Positions 1 through 13,100 of a DNA stretch of 64,000 nucleotides are shown here, piece after piece. The stretch lies in contig CM075991.1 in the NCBI GenBank assembly GCA_038087875.1, positions 10,728,001 through 10,792,000 on the forward strand, in the 5' to 3' direction. Numbering within the stretch: position 1 is the first letter of the stretch; each line of letters starts with the position of its first letter. The stretch is from Malacoraja senta. Its lineage: Eukaryota. Below the pieces are notes generated by a model. The model was not told the origin of the DNA. It did no database searches and saw only the letters and a list, made by a program, of their open reading frames with translations. Made by a program: the position numbers and the translations under genes.

Positions 1-75
1 GATGACGCTGGCCAATGGGAGGCGAAGAATGAATGGCAGGGGAGGTGACTAGTTCAGAAGTAGCACTGATCATTA

Positions 76-304
76 AGGGCCTATACCACTTACGCAATTT
101 TTTCGGCGACTTGCCGGCACCCGTCATAGTCCCAGCAGGTCTCTGAAGATTTTCAATATGTTGAAAATCCAGCGGCGACCAGAAAAAAGTACGACTCTTT
201 GGGCGACTTCTCACGACCAAATAGGCGTCACCCCCGCGACATGTTGCCTGTATGGTCGTGAGCCGGCAAGTCGCCGAAAAAATCGCGTAAGTGGGACAGG
301 CCCT
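76..304. mobile_element. Harbinger/PIF-type MITE
   Basis: TIR AGGGCCT(A/G)T(A/C)CCACTTACGC; relative at 33701-33990. Confidence 0.7.
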
Positions 305-445
305 TTTACAGTTCCCCTGCCTCCTAGTTGTGTTGAAAGCTTTTAACTCCAGGGTCCCTGGAGCTATGTGGCAGCAACACTATGCAACATAGGAGACGCA
401 TGTACCGCTAAAGTTACTTTTATTGATCCTTAAGGAGATCACTGA

Positions 446-462
446 TCAATTGAGCAAAGTGT
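446..462 (-). CDS. slc4a5: Candidate terminal coding exon: (N)TLLN-stop
   Basis: CACTAAC branch site (546-552), long polypyrimidine tract, cctcag acceptor, TGA at 448-446, AATAAA at 424-419. Confidence 0.45.
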
Positions 463-736
463 CTGAGGATTTGCACAAAGCAGAAAGAAAAAAATTGGAA
501 GGAAGACCAAAGAAATGGTTCAAACACCATAAAGACTGCCCACTGGTTAGTGCGTGCGTTAAAGGCTTCAATAGTTAGTGAAGCGTGGAGATGGTTAAGA
601 TGTAGACTCAAGGAACTGCAGATACTTTAGAGATAATTAACTTGTTAAAAGGTTTAATGAATGAATCTGGTTGTTGGCATTAAATGCTTGACGGAGACCA
701 GTAGATTAGTCTTTAGAGCGTCCGGTGAAAACATTA

Positions 737-966
737 AGGGCCTGTCCCACTTGGCGATTTTTTTCGGCGACTGCCGCCATCATTGACGGACGCATCAGGT
801 CATTGAAAAATACGTGGCGTGATGACGTATTGACGCGCGGTGTTTTTCCAAGTGTCGCAACATTTTTTTTTGTCGCCGCTGGATTTTGAAATGTTCAAAA
901 TCTTTTGGCGACACTGATATTACACCGGCAGTCGCCGAAAAAACCCCGCCTAGTGGGACAGGCCCT
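737..966. mobile_element. Harbinger/PIF-type MITE
   Basis: TIR AGGGCCTGTCCCACT, flanks TTA/TGA. Confidence 0.75.
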
Positions 967-1004
967 TGAGTTAATAAGCCACCGTTGCCGGACATTTTAC
1001 TCAC

Positions 1005-1101
1005 TAGATGGGCCCTGAGAGCCATTTTTCTGTGTTTCAATTAGTTCCATAGGGATCTTTACTGGAGCTGGGCGAGTGCAAGTCTTGCGCTGGGAGGAAA
1101 C
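1005..1101 (-). CDS. slc4a5: slc4a5 97-nt C-terminal exon: [32 protein letters not shown]
   Basis: ttccag acceptor, A|GTGAGT donor; VKIPME motif as in NBCe1/NBCe2 C-termini. Confidence 0.85.
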
Positions 1102-4100
1102 CTGGAATTTTGGGAAAAAACATTTCGGTCTTCAACGGACAACTCTTCAAACTGGCGGCAATGTATCAAACAGAACAACGAGTACGACAATGTGGAACAC
1201 TGTTCTCAAAGCATCGTACCCAAGTGCAATGGTTGCAGAATACTATCTTTTAATTTAGTTTGAGTTTAGTTTAGTTTAGTTAGAGGTACAGCATGGAAAC
1301 GGGCCCTTCGGCCCACCGAGTCCGCACCGACCAGCGATCCCCGCACATGAACATAGAAACATAGAAAATAGGTGCAGGAGTAGGCCATTCGGCCCTTCGA
1401 GCCTGCAGCGCCATTTGATATGATCATGGCTGATCATCCAACTCGGTATCCCATCCCTCCTTCTCTCCATACCCCCTGATCCCTTTAGCCACAAGGGCCA
1501 CATCTAACTCCCTCTTAAATATAGCCAATGAACTGGCCTCAACTACCTTCTGTGGCAGAGAGTTCCACAGATTCACCACTCTCTGTGTGAAAAATGATTT
1601 CCTCATCTCGGTCCTAAAAGTCTTCCCTCTTATCCTTAAACTGTGACCCCTAGTTCTGGACTTCCCCAACATCGGGAATAATCTTCCTGCATCTAGCCTG
1701 TCCAACCCCTTAAGAATTTTGTAAGTTTCTATAAGATCCCCCCTCAGTCTTCTGAATTCCAACGTGTACAAGCCGAGTCTATCCAGTCTTTCCTCATATG
1801 AAAGTCCTGCCATCCCAGGAATCAGTCTGGTGAACCTTCTCTGTACTCCCTCTATGGCAAGAATGTCTTTCCTCAGATTAGGAGACCAAAACTGTACGCA
1901 ATAGACACCTCCTCATCCCTACCCCCTTCACCATGATCGCACAGACGAACACCAGACCATCATCTGTTTCTGATCTTATTGTCTCTGGCCATCTCTCACC
2001 TCCACAACCTCCAACCTTATTGTTCCCCAGCCCCCTGTATTACCCGCTTCTATCTCCTCCCCAAACCCACGCAGTCACAGGGAGAATGTGCAAACTCCAC
2101 ACAGACAGCACCACAGGTCAGGATCGAACCCGGGTCTCTGGCCGCTGTTGCTGTTGGTACGTAAGCAGCGTGAAGTGGTTCGACAAAGGGAGGGACTGGA
2201 TGGGGCTAACTCACACCTCACGAGCGCTCTGTCCATCTCGCAGTGTTGCAGAGTGACCAGCAGGGTGCAGTGATGCTGCATTTACCGAGGGAAAATCTCG
2301 CAATGGGATTTTCCTCTGCCAATCTCATAGCCCCATCCCAAACCCTCTATTTGGTTTACATCCATGTTCCTGGGACATGGAATAGTCCCCCTCTGCTGTT
2401 CCAGAATTCAATGAATGTTCCCAAGCTGTAGTTTAATTTTTGGACTGGAGTAACTCAGCGGGACAGGCAGCATCTCTGGAGAGAAGGAATGGGTGACGTT
2501 TCAGTTCGAGACCCTTCTTCAGACCGTCACCCATTCCTTCTCTCCGGAGATGTTGCCTGTCCCGCTGAGTTATTCCAGTGTTTTGTGTCTAACTTCGGTT
2601 GCACACACGGTTAATTTTTGGATTCACGACCCATCATTCAAATAAACCCAGGAAATTGTTTAATATTCTCGAAATAAATCAGTGTTAGGCTGAAGCGAAT
2701 ATAGATTTTTATCTTCACTCATGTTGATTGCCTGTAGACTCTGCAATATACACCGAAGAATTAATGGGCTCCATAAATCCAATTCGGCCAACGTTCGGTT
2801 TATCAGATCTTCCGGGCTTTTAGTTTCTATATATAGCAACACACCGGCATTCTTGCAATTCCATTTGTTTAGTTCTTGTACAGCAAGGAAATTTAGCTTA
2901 GGATGATAAATGTCACAGGGGACCAGGCAGGTTTAAAGGGAGAGTGGGTAACAGAGCGAGACCTTAAAGGATGCTTAAGAAGGTACTGCAGATGCTGGAA
3001 AAATCTGAAGTAGACAACAAATGCTGGAGAGACTCAGCGGGTGAGGCAGCATCTATGGAGGAAAGTAGTAGGCGACGTTTCAAGGTCAAGACCCTTCTTC
3101 AGACCCCCAAAACGTCATCCATTCCTTCTCTCCAGAGATGCTGTCTGACCCCATGCTCTCTGAGTTACCCCAGAGTTGTCAGAACTATGATGGAAGTATC
3201 AGAAATTCAATTCAGCAGCCCTGTTAATGTAAACGTCAGCGCACAAACTCCGTACAGCCAGCACCCGTAGTCAGGATCCAACCCGGGTTTCCGGCGTTGT
3301 AATTGTGTATTGTTGATGTCCCTTCTCCTTCTTTATTGTTTCATTTTGTTAAAATGTTTGTCATTTGCTTGTTTTAATCTGTAAGGTGTCCCTGAGAGTC
3401 CTGAAAGGCGCCATAACCATATAACCATTACAGCACGGAAACAGGCCATCTCGGCCCTTCAAGTCCGTGCCGAACATTTTTTTATTAAAAAAAAAAAAAA
3501 TACTTCCCATCTACCTGCACTCAGACCATAACCCTCCATTCCTTTCCCGTCCATATACCCATCCAATCTATTTTTTAAAGGATAAAATCGAACCAGCCTC
3601 CACCACTTCCACTGGAAGCTCATTCCACACAGCTACCACTCTCTGAGTAAAGAAGTTCCCCCTAATGTTCCCCCTAAACTTCTGTCCCTTAATTCTCAAG
3701 TCATGTCCCCTTGTTTGAATCTTCCCTACTCTCAATGGGAAAAGCTTATCCACGTCCACTCTGTCTAACCCGCTCATAATTTTAAAGACCTCTATCAAGT
3801 CCCCTCTTAACCTTCTGCGCTCCAAAGAATAAAGACCTAACTTGTTCAACCTTCCTCTGTAACTTAGTTGCTGAAACCCAGGCAACATTCTAGTAAATCT
3901 CCTCTGTACTCTCTCTATTTTGTTGACATAAATAAAATGTATTATTGTTATTATTATTATTAATGCAGCAACCCTACTACTGTGCCAGCGTGACTGCAGC
4001 TTTAGATGCGTTGGTAAGATATTGAATCATTGGGCAGATGCTGCACAGTTTTAGATCCACCAGAAGATTGAAAAGACTAGAGTATCAATAAACTGGACAG

Positions 4101-7100
4101 CATTCCCCCCTCCGTTAGTTGCTCACCTCGTCAGCGCTGTTTCTGTCCTGGTCTTTCCTCTTCATCTTTTTCTTCTTCTTGTCTTCCTCTTTCTTCTTGT
4201 CTTTCTCCGGGAGGATGTCGTCCAACCAGGCCAGGTCGTGCTGGGTGAAGACTAGATCCAGCATCTTCCGCACGAGGATGAGTGCAAGGATCTAGCGCAT
4301 GGGTGGGAGTCGGGGTGAGACCTTGCAGATGAACAGTGTCCAACAACGCTGCCCTCGCTGAAGCAAACCCACCCGCAACCCTATTCCTTCCTCATAAAAG
4401 AATGAACCCGGGCCCTAAGGGCCTGTCCCACTGTACGAGCTAATTCAAGAGTTCTCTCGAGTTTCCCCCGATTCGAACTCGGAGAATTACGGTAATGGTC
4501 GCTCGTAGGTACTCGGGGCTCTCGTGGACATTTTTCAACAAGTTGAAAAATCTTCACTAGCTTACCGCGTTTCCCCGAGTACCTGCCGTTAGCGTTACGA
4601 GCCGCTAAGAGACGCCCCCGAGCTCCGACTTACCCGCTACGTACATTCTACGTGCTTACCACAAGTTTGATTTTTTTTTAAACTCGGGAGAGCTCTTGAA
4701 TTACCTCGTACAGTGGGACAGGCCCTTTAGAGAAACTCTTAGAACTTGTCAGAGAGTCAGAGCGTCGTACAGCACGGAAACAGGCCCTTTGGCCCTTCGG
4801 CCTAACGCCCACGCCAACCAAGATGCCCCATCTACGGTGGTCCCACCTGCCCGTGTTCGGTCCATATCTCTCTAAACTTTTCCTATCCATGTACCTCATT
4901 GAGTCCTGGAGTTATATAGTGTGGAAACAGGCCCTTCGGCCCAACTTGCGCACACTGACCAACATGCCCCATTTACACTCGTCCCACCAGCCCGTGATTG
5001 GCCCATAACCCTCCAAACCTATCCTATCCATGCACCTGTGCAAGCTTCTTTTAAATGTTGCTTTAGTTCCAGCCTCAGATACCTTCTCTGGCAGCTCGTT
5101 CCATACACCCGTCACCCTCTGTGTGGAAAGGTGCATGCCCACCCAGGATAGAAGGCTCTGTGCATTCACCCTATATATGATTTTGTACACCTCTAGAAGA
5201 TCACCCCTCAGCCCCCTAGTACTTATCCTCATGAGTGTCTGATGCAGATTTGAGACTTTTTCCAATACAGCTCCTTAATAAATGTAGGTAGGCAGAATCT
5301 CTGGAGAGAAGGAATGGGTGACGTTTCGGGTCGAGTCCCGTCTTCAATCTGAAGAAACGTCACCCATTCCTTCTCTCCAGAGATGCTGCCTGTCCCGCTG
5401 AGTTACTCCAGCATTTCATGTCTCTCTTCGGTCAAAACCAGCATCTGCAGTCCCTTCCTACACATAGAAACATAGAAACTAGGTGCAGGAGGAGGCCATT
5501 CGGCCCTTCGAGCCAGCACCGCCATTCATTGTGATCATGGCTGATCGTCCCCAATCAATAACCCGTGCCTGCCTTCCTCCCATATCTCTTGATTCCACTA
5601 GCCCCTAGAGCTCTAACTCACTATCTAACATAATAAATGCAGGTTGTTGATTGATATGAAGTCTACTCCCCTCATGAATGGCTGCAAAGTATTGACATGT
5701 CTTACCATAATGGGGAAAATGATGGCAGCCACGGTGGACTTTAAGATCCAGAGGACAGATAAGCAGATGACTTGCACCAAGGTGAATAGGTGGACCCGTC
5801 GAAGGGGCACGTGGCGAAGGTAGATGTAATCAGGCTGGTGCTTCGAGGGCATGAGGAAGAGTTTGCAGCGATCCCAAAACTGTGGAGGTCGGCACGGACA
5901 TAGAGCACAGGTTTAAAGATGCAAACGAGAACTTGAAGGAGACATGAAGGACTATGCTGAACATGGTAACGTGAGAAAGGGGCAGCTAAAATAAAAGACG
6001 TCTAAGGACAGAGAAAGAAATAGATAATGATAAAGGATGAACATACCTGAATACCATTTAATGAGGCCACGCCCATGTAAAGGAAGACTCCATAAAGTAC
6101 AGCCATTGGAATGTACTGGGGATAAACAAAGGACACCATGAAGATATTGCTGTACAACACTTTCCTGCACATGCTTAGTTGGTTTAAGACCCTTCTGAGT
6201 AGCTACAAAGAGATATACCACCGATCTCACAGTACAGTTCCCTATTTCTCTCCTCATTCACTGTGTTTAAGGTGCTAGCCAGCATCTTCAGGGCTGATAA
6301 CCTCCATCAATTGTGTGACTTAAAAAGGGCCTGTCCCACGGGCATGCGACTGCATGCGGCAAGCGCGACCTAACCGGAAGCGGGGGCCGTGCGGGGGCCG
6401 GTCCCACTTCGATCGCCGGAGCCGCGTGGAGTTGTGCGGAGCTGGTCCCGACATCGCGCGGGGCTCCGAAAAAATGACCGTGTTCAAAAATTCCGCGCGG
6501 CAACGGCCTGCCGCCCCGCAGCCGCATCGAGGCCGTGCGCGCCGCATCGACGTGTACGCGCCGTCTTGACGTCACACGACCTCCGCGCGGCCCCCGCTTC
6601 CGGTTTGGTAGCGCTTGCCGCACGCAGCCGCATTCTGGTGGGACCGGCCCTGTACGGGGATCACTCGACCTCCGCGCGGCACCCGCTTCCGGTTAGGTCG
6701 CGCTTGCCGCATGGAGTCGTATCCCCGTGGGACAGGCCCTTTTAATGGTCTCAGGACAACACAAAGTAACATCACCAAGTAAACTTTAGCCTTTAGGGAT
6801 ACAGCGTGGAAACAGGCCCTTCTGCTCAGCTGACCAGCGATCACCTCGTACACTAGCACTATCAATAGACAATAGACAACAGGTGCAGGAGTAGGCCATT
6901 CGGCCCTTCGAGCCAGCACCACCATTCAATGTGATCATGGCTGATCATCCCCAATCAGTACCCCGTTCCTGCCTTCTCCCCATATCCCCTGACTCCGCTA
7001 TCTTTAAGAGCCCTACACACTAGGGACATTTCACAGTTTACAGAAGCCAATTAACCGACAAATCTGCATATTTAGTTAAATTTAGTTTAGTTTAGAGATA

Positions 7101-10100
7101 CAGCGCAGAAACAGGCCCTTTCGGCCCACCGGGTCCACTACGACCAGTGATCCCCACACATTAACACTATCCTATACCCACTAGGGACAATTTTTACATT
7201 TACCGAGCAAATTAACCTACAAATCTGCACGTCTTTGCAAAGTGGGAGGAAACCGGAGCACCCGGAGAAAACCCACGAGGTTACGGGGAGAATGTACAAA
7301 CTCCATACGGACAGCACCCGTGGTCAGGGTCGAAGCCGGGTCTCTGGCGCTGTCAGGCAGCAACTTTACCGCTGCGCCACCATGCCGCCCTAACATGCAT
7401 CCTAGTGCAAAATGCAATGACTAATCTTTGAAAGTAAGGGTCAACTTCCTTCCTGTTAAAGGCAGCGAGATTCTGAAGTTTCCAACACGGATTAAGGTCA
7501 TAAGTGATAGGAGTAAAATTAGTCTACACTTAGGCTTGGGTAGAGTGGATGTGGAGAGGATGTTTCCACGAGTGGGAGAGTCTAGGACTAGAGGTCATAG
7601 CCTCAGAATTAAGGATGTTCCTTTAAGAAGGAAATGAGGAGGGAATTCTTTAGTCAGAGGGTGGTGAATCTCTTTGCCACAGAAGGCTGTAGAGGCCAAG
7701 TCAAGTCTACTCCGCCATTCAAACATGGCTGATCTATCTCTCCCTCCTAACCCCATTCTCCTGCCTTCCCCCCATAACCTCTGACACACATACTAATCAA
7801 GAAATCTAATCAGGATTGTTGCTGTTTAGCCGGAAATCTGACCTTCAGAACTGGAGCGAGGAAGACGGAGACTCCCGTGAGAATGAAGACCACGAGACCG
7901 GTAAATCTTTGTTCCCTGGAGAAGGAAAATAGACATTCAGAAGCCATTCAAATTAAAGAAAGTTGCTCAATAAACCTACCTTAGCGTCACAGAAACCAGA
8001 GAGAGATACAGCACCGAAACAGGCCCTCAGCCCATCAAGAGTGTGTGTTAGTACGGGTGTCAGGGGTTATGGGGAGAAGGGGAACATTAATCGCCAAAAG
8101 ATCTATTTAATTTAAATGGAAAGACTCTAACCCTCCGACCACACTCCAGTGGTACTCTGAAACGATATCATGTTTAAATTTAGAAAAAATCAGGAGTGAC
8201 ATTGTTGAACCCTTGGTTAAATTTGATAAGACTTGGGGAAAATTCATTCAACACTTTCACACAACATAAACTGCTCCCTCTCTAACTGTTATAAAAATTA
8301 TTTTACCTTTATATGGTGGAACGGACTTGACGACAAGCAGGGACTTAAATTGTTGAAATTCTCAGCTTAGATTTCTGCTTTGCTTTTTTTCCCCTCTAGT
8401 TTAGGGGGGGGGGGGGGGGTTTCTTCCTTTTTTCTCTTTTTTTCTTTTTTTTTCTTTTTATCGTCTTTGTTTTCCTACATATATAAGTTTTCTTTTAAAC
8501 ATTTAACTATATTTACATAGAGACCGGGAGGTCTATATTCAATGTGTATTTTGATACTGGACTCATATTTAGGTTATACCTGTTATTAATGTAATCCTGA
8601 TCCCTATGTATCAATATCATTGTTGTGTTTATCGTTATTCTTTTTGTTTTGTTTTAGTTTTCTTGGAAAAAAGCTAATAAAAAGATTTTAAAAGAAAGAA
8701 AGAAAGAATGGGGTTGAGAGGGAAAGGTAGATCAGCCATGATTGAATGGCAGTTGACTTGATGGGCTGAACGGCCTAATTCTGCTCCTAGAACTCATGAA
8801 CAGCCATCACGCTGTCTGTACAGTTTGTACGTTCTCCGTGTGACTGCGTGGGTTTTCTCCGGGTACTCTGGTTTCTCCCACATTCCAAAAACGTAGGTTG
8901 ATTGACCTCTCCAAATTGTAAATTGTCTCTCGCGTGTAGGATAGTGTTGGTGAACGAGGTGATCGCTGGTCGACACAGACCCGGTGGGCTGGACAAGCTG
9001 TGTCACTAAAGTCTAAAGTATATTTCCAAACTCTAACAGTTAGACTGGCCAATACTCCTATGGTCATTTGTCAAGTTGAGGATGTCAAACCCAGGACCTG
9101 TGTTGTGTACGAAGGAGCTGCAGATGCTGGTTTAAACCGAAGATAGACGCAAAACGCTGGAGTAACTCAGCGGGTCAGGCAGCTTCTCAGGAGAAAAGGA
9201 ATGGGTAACGTTTTGGTTCGTGACCCTTCTTCAGACTCAGGGGTAAGGGAAACGAGAGATATAGATGGTGATATATGATGAGCGTTTGATGGCACTGGGC
9301 CTGGAGTTTAGAAGGACAAGGAGGGACCACATTGAAACTTATCAAATGGTGAAAGGCTTGGATAGAGTGGATGTGGAGAGGATGTTTCCACTAGTGGGAG
9401 AGTCTAGGACTAGAGTTCATAGCCTCAGAATTAAGGATGGTCCTTTAAGAAGGAGATGAGGAGGAAATTCTTTGGAGGGTGGTGAATCCCATTGCTACAG
9501 AAGGCTGTGGAGACCAAGTCAATGGATATTTTTAAAGCAGAGATGGATAGATTCTTGATTAGTATGGGGGTCAAGGGTTATGTGGAGAAGGCAGGAGAAT
9601 GGGGTTAGGAGGGCGAGATAGATCAGCCATGGCAGAGTAGACTCGATGGGCCGAATGGCCTCGTTCTGCTCCCATCACTATGACCTTATGAACTGCAGAA
9701 GGTAGAGAAAAGTGCTGGAGGAACTCAGCGGGTGCGGCAGCATCTATGGAGCGAAGGAAATAGGCAACATTTCGGGCCGAAACCCTTCTTCAGACTGATA
9801 GACAACTGCAGACACTGGTTTTGACAAAAAGACAAAGTGCTGGAGTATCACTTATGATATTGAGAGATTTTAAACAAATGAATGAAAGATATGCAAAAAC
9901 GTAACTATGACAAAGGAAACAGGACGTGGTTATCTTGCTGTGCGAGCGAAAACATGTATAGCCGGCGGCGTCGCGAGCACCTACCTCACCCCGAGGAACT
10001 GCGGCTGCTCTCCTGGTGCGCTGGTTTCGGTTTCCATTTTCAGACCGTCAATGTGGGCGATGGAAATCACGGTGGCCGCCACGTACCAGGGCAGCCCCAT

Positions 10101-13100
10101 GAAGGAGCAGGCGCCCATCAGCAGACCAACCCAGAACAGGTCCAGGTGGTAACCGGCGCCTTTCTGCAGTAGAAGTGGAGGAATATTGTCAACCCAAATG
10201 CCAATCCGCTTCTGGACATCTTTAACACAAATACCATTAACGAGGATGTCGCCAGGGCTAGAGGGTCTGAGCACTAACTCCAGCCATGCCATGCAATTTT
10301 GTCTACCATTGTCCTTAACATCAGGTCTTTTACAAGACCTGATGTTAAGGACAATGGTAGACAAAAAATGCTGGAGAAACTCAGCGGGTGAGGCAGCATC
10401 TATGGAGCGAAGGAATAGGTGACGTTTCTGGTCGAGATCCTTCTTCAGACTGTCTCGACCCGAAACGTCACCCATTCCTTCCCTACAGAGATGCTGCCTG
10501 TCCCGCTGAGTTACTCCAGTATTTTGTGTCTATCATATGGAGTGTGGCGGTGCTGAGTATATGTGTGGGGGGTGGGGGAAACCGTTAGTCTCTTCCCTGT
10601 ACGGGGATCCGACTTTTTCCCTGTCGGGTCCCCGGTGTCGTTGGGCCTGACATCGAGGAGGCCTCCAACCTGAGGGCTCCAGTCGCGGAGCCTGCGGATT
10701 CGCCATCGCGGAGCTGGTCGACTTCGGAGCGGGGAGAGTTGTGGTGGCGCGCGGCTGCGACCCGACTTCGGAGCTTCGGAGGCTCCGGCCGCAGGCCAGG
10801 TGGACGGGAACATCGGGAGCTCGCAGGTCCCTGGTGGGAGACCGCTTTTCGGGGCTCCCGCAACGGCAACTTCTCCCGCCGGAATCGTGGGGTTTAAATG
10901 ACTCGGAGCAGGGACTAACATCGCCCGGCGCGGCTTAAACGGCCGCGGGACTTACCATCGGCCGCCGGGGGGCTTTAACATCATGAGCCCCAGTCGCCTC
11001 GACGTTGGACTGCTGGACCGCGGGAGATGAACAAAGGGAAGAGATAAGACTTTTGCCTTCCATCACAGTGAGGAGGTGTTGGAGATTCACTGTGATGGAT
11101 GTTTGTGTAAATTGTGTTAAGTGTGTGTCTTGGTTTTTTTGTAATGTCAGGTCTGCAGGAATGAAATTTCGTTCAAGCCTTGCCTGTTTGACTGACAATA
11201 AAAGGCATTCTATTCTATCTTATGACCTTTAGGTATGTTACTGAGGGGCTTGATGTTCACCGCCTTTACCAGCAGTTGCTACGGAGACGAGGCAGGTCAG
11301 GGTGCGGAGGCGGTGACCTGTGACCTGTGACCTGTGACCTACCCTCAGCTTGTTCTCCTTCCTGTTTATAATCACTCCGGTGATCTGTTGGTCCATGAAG
11401 ATGAGGATTGTGACGAGGAGAGCTGGCAGAGCGCTGGCCAGGTAGACCCACCAGGGGTTTTTCCCGAAGGGAACAACAAACCACCCTCTGTCTGCACGTG
11501 TCGGCTACAGGGGGAGGGGTGAAAGAGATGGACATTCCGTTAGTCTGCACGTCACTCAGTCCTGACCACAGCGCGCTTGCAGAACAATGGCAGGGCATGG
11601 TGGTGAATCGGTGTAATTCTTTGCCACGGACGGCTGTGGAGGCCAAGTCAATGGATATATTAAAGGCAGAGATAGATAGATTCTTGGTAGGTACGGGCGT
11701 TTGGAATATTCTGAGCAATTTTTTGGCACGATATTTGAGGAGGGATGTGCTGGCTCTGGAGAGGGTCCAGAGGAGGTTTACAAGAATGATCCCAGGAATG
11801 GGGCCATTAACTCCAACCTATGATGAGCGTTTGTCGGCACTGGGCCTGTACTTTCTGGAGTTTAGATGAATGAGGGGGGAACTCACGGAAACATACAGAA
11901 TAGTGAAAGGCTTGGATAGAGTGGATGTGGAGAGGATGTTTCCACTAGTGGGAGAGTCTTGGACTGGAGGTCATAGCCTCAGGATTAAAAGACGTTCTTT
12001 TAGGAAGGAGATGAGGAGAAATGTCTTTAGACAGAGGTTGGTGAATCTGTGGAATTCTTTGCCACAGAAGGCTGTGGAGGCCAAGCCAATGGATATATTA
12101 AAGGCAGAGATAGGTAGATTCTTGATTAGTGCGGGTGTCAGAGTTTATGGGGAGATGGCAGGAGAATGGGGTTAGGAGAGAGAGATAGATCAGCCATGAT
12201 CGAATGGCGGAGTGGACTTGATGGGCCAAATGGCCTCCTATCACAAGACAATGGACCCTGTTTTAGTTTAGAGATACAGCGTGGAAGCAGGCCCTTCGGC
12301 CCAATGAGTCCGTGTTGACCATCAATCACCATTCACACCAGTTCTATGTTGCCCTACCCTCTCGTCCACTCCCTAGGATCCCCCGCACACGAACACAATC
12401 CCACGCACACTGGGAACAATTTACGGAAGCCAATTCCACGCAGGTCACAGGGCGAGCGTACAAACTCCGCACAGACAGCACCTACAGTCAGGATCGATCC
12501 GGGGGCAATTTTCAGGGGGCCAATCAACCAACAAATCCACGAGTCCTTGGGATGTGGAGCACCGGAAGAAACCCACGCGGTCAAGAGAGAGAACGTGAAA
12601 ACTCCGCACAAACAGCACCCGAGGTCAGGATTGAACCTGGATCTCTGGCGCTGTGAGGCAGCGGATTTACCAGCTGCACCACCATGCCGCCGTATTCTTG
12701 TACCATAGGATGGATGAGAGAAGAGGACCTTCCCAACTAGCCACTTAGTTTGGTCATTTCTCTACACAATATATTCAAGTTAAGAAACTAAACACTAAAC
12801 AATTTTTCCCCTCATTTCTTTAATTTGGTGGCCACTATACTGTTTTATTTCCCTCCTGCAATAAGCATCACATGTGACCTGATCACTATCTTGAGGTTAC
12901 GTCATCCCTTATTCATTTAAAACTTTCCAGCATTCACACAGTGGAGTTGAACGATGGCTATGATTTATCAGCAAGACCTATCGTAAAAAGAATAAAATGA
13001 TTTTCTCCCCTGAAAATGGATTGTTCTCAAAATAAAATCCAGACAAAAAACGGACAGTGTTTTGCTTTTAATCTGGTGGACAGATTAACCTTGGCATGGC

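Noticed and set aside
6288..6745. GC-rich overlapping ORFs or CpG-island promoter
   Set aside because: Interior of a palindromic MITE with a TAA target-site duplication; the ORFs at 39286-39683 and 49716-50254 are likewise inside TIR elements
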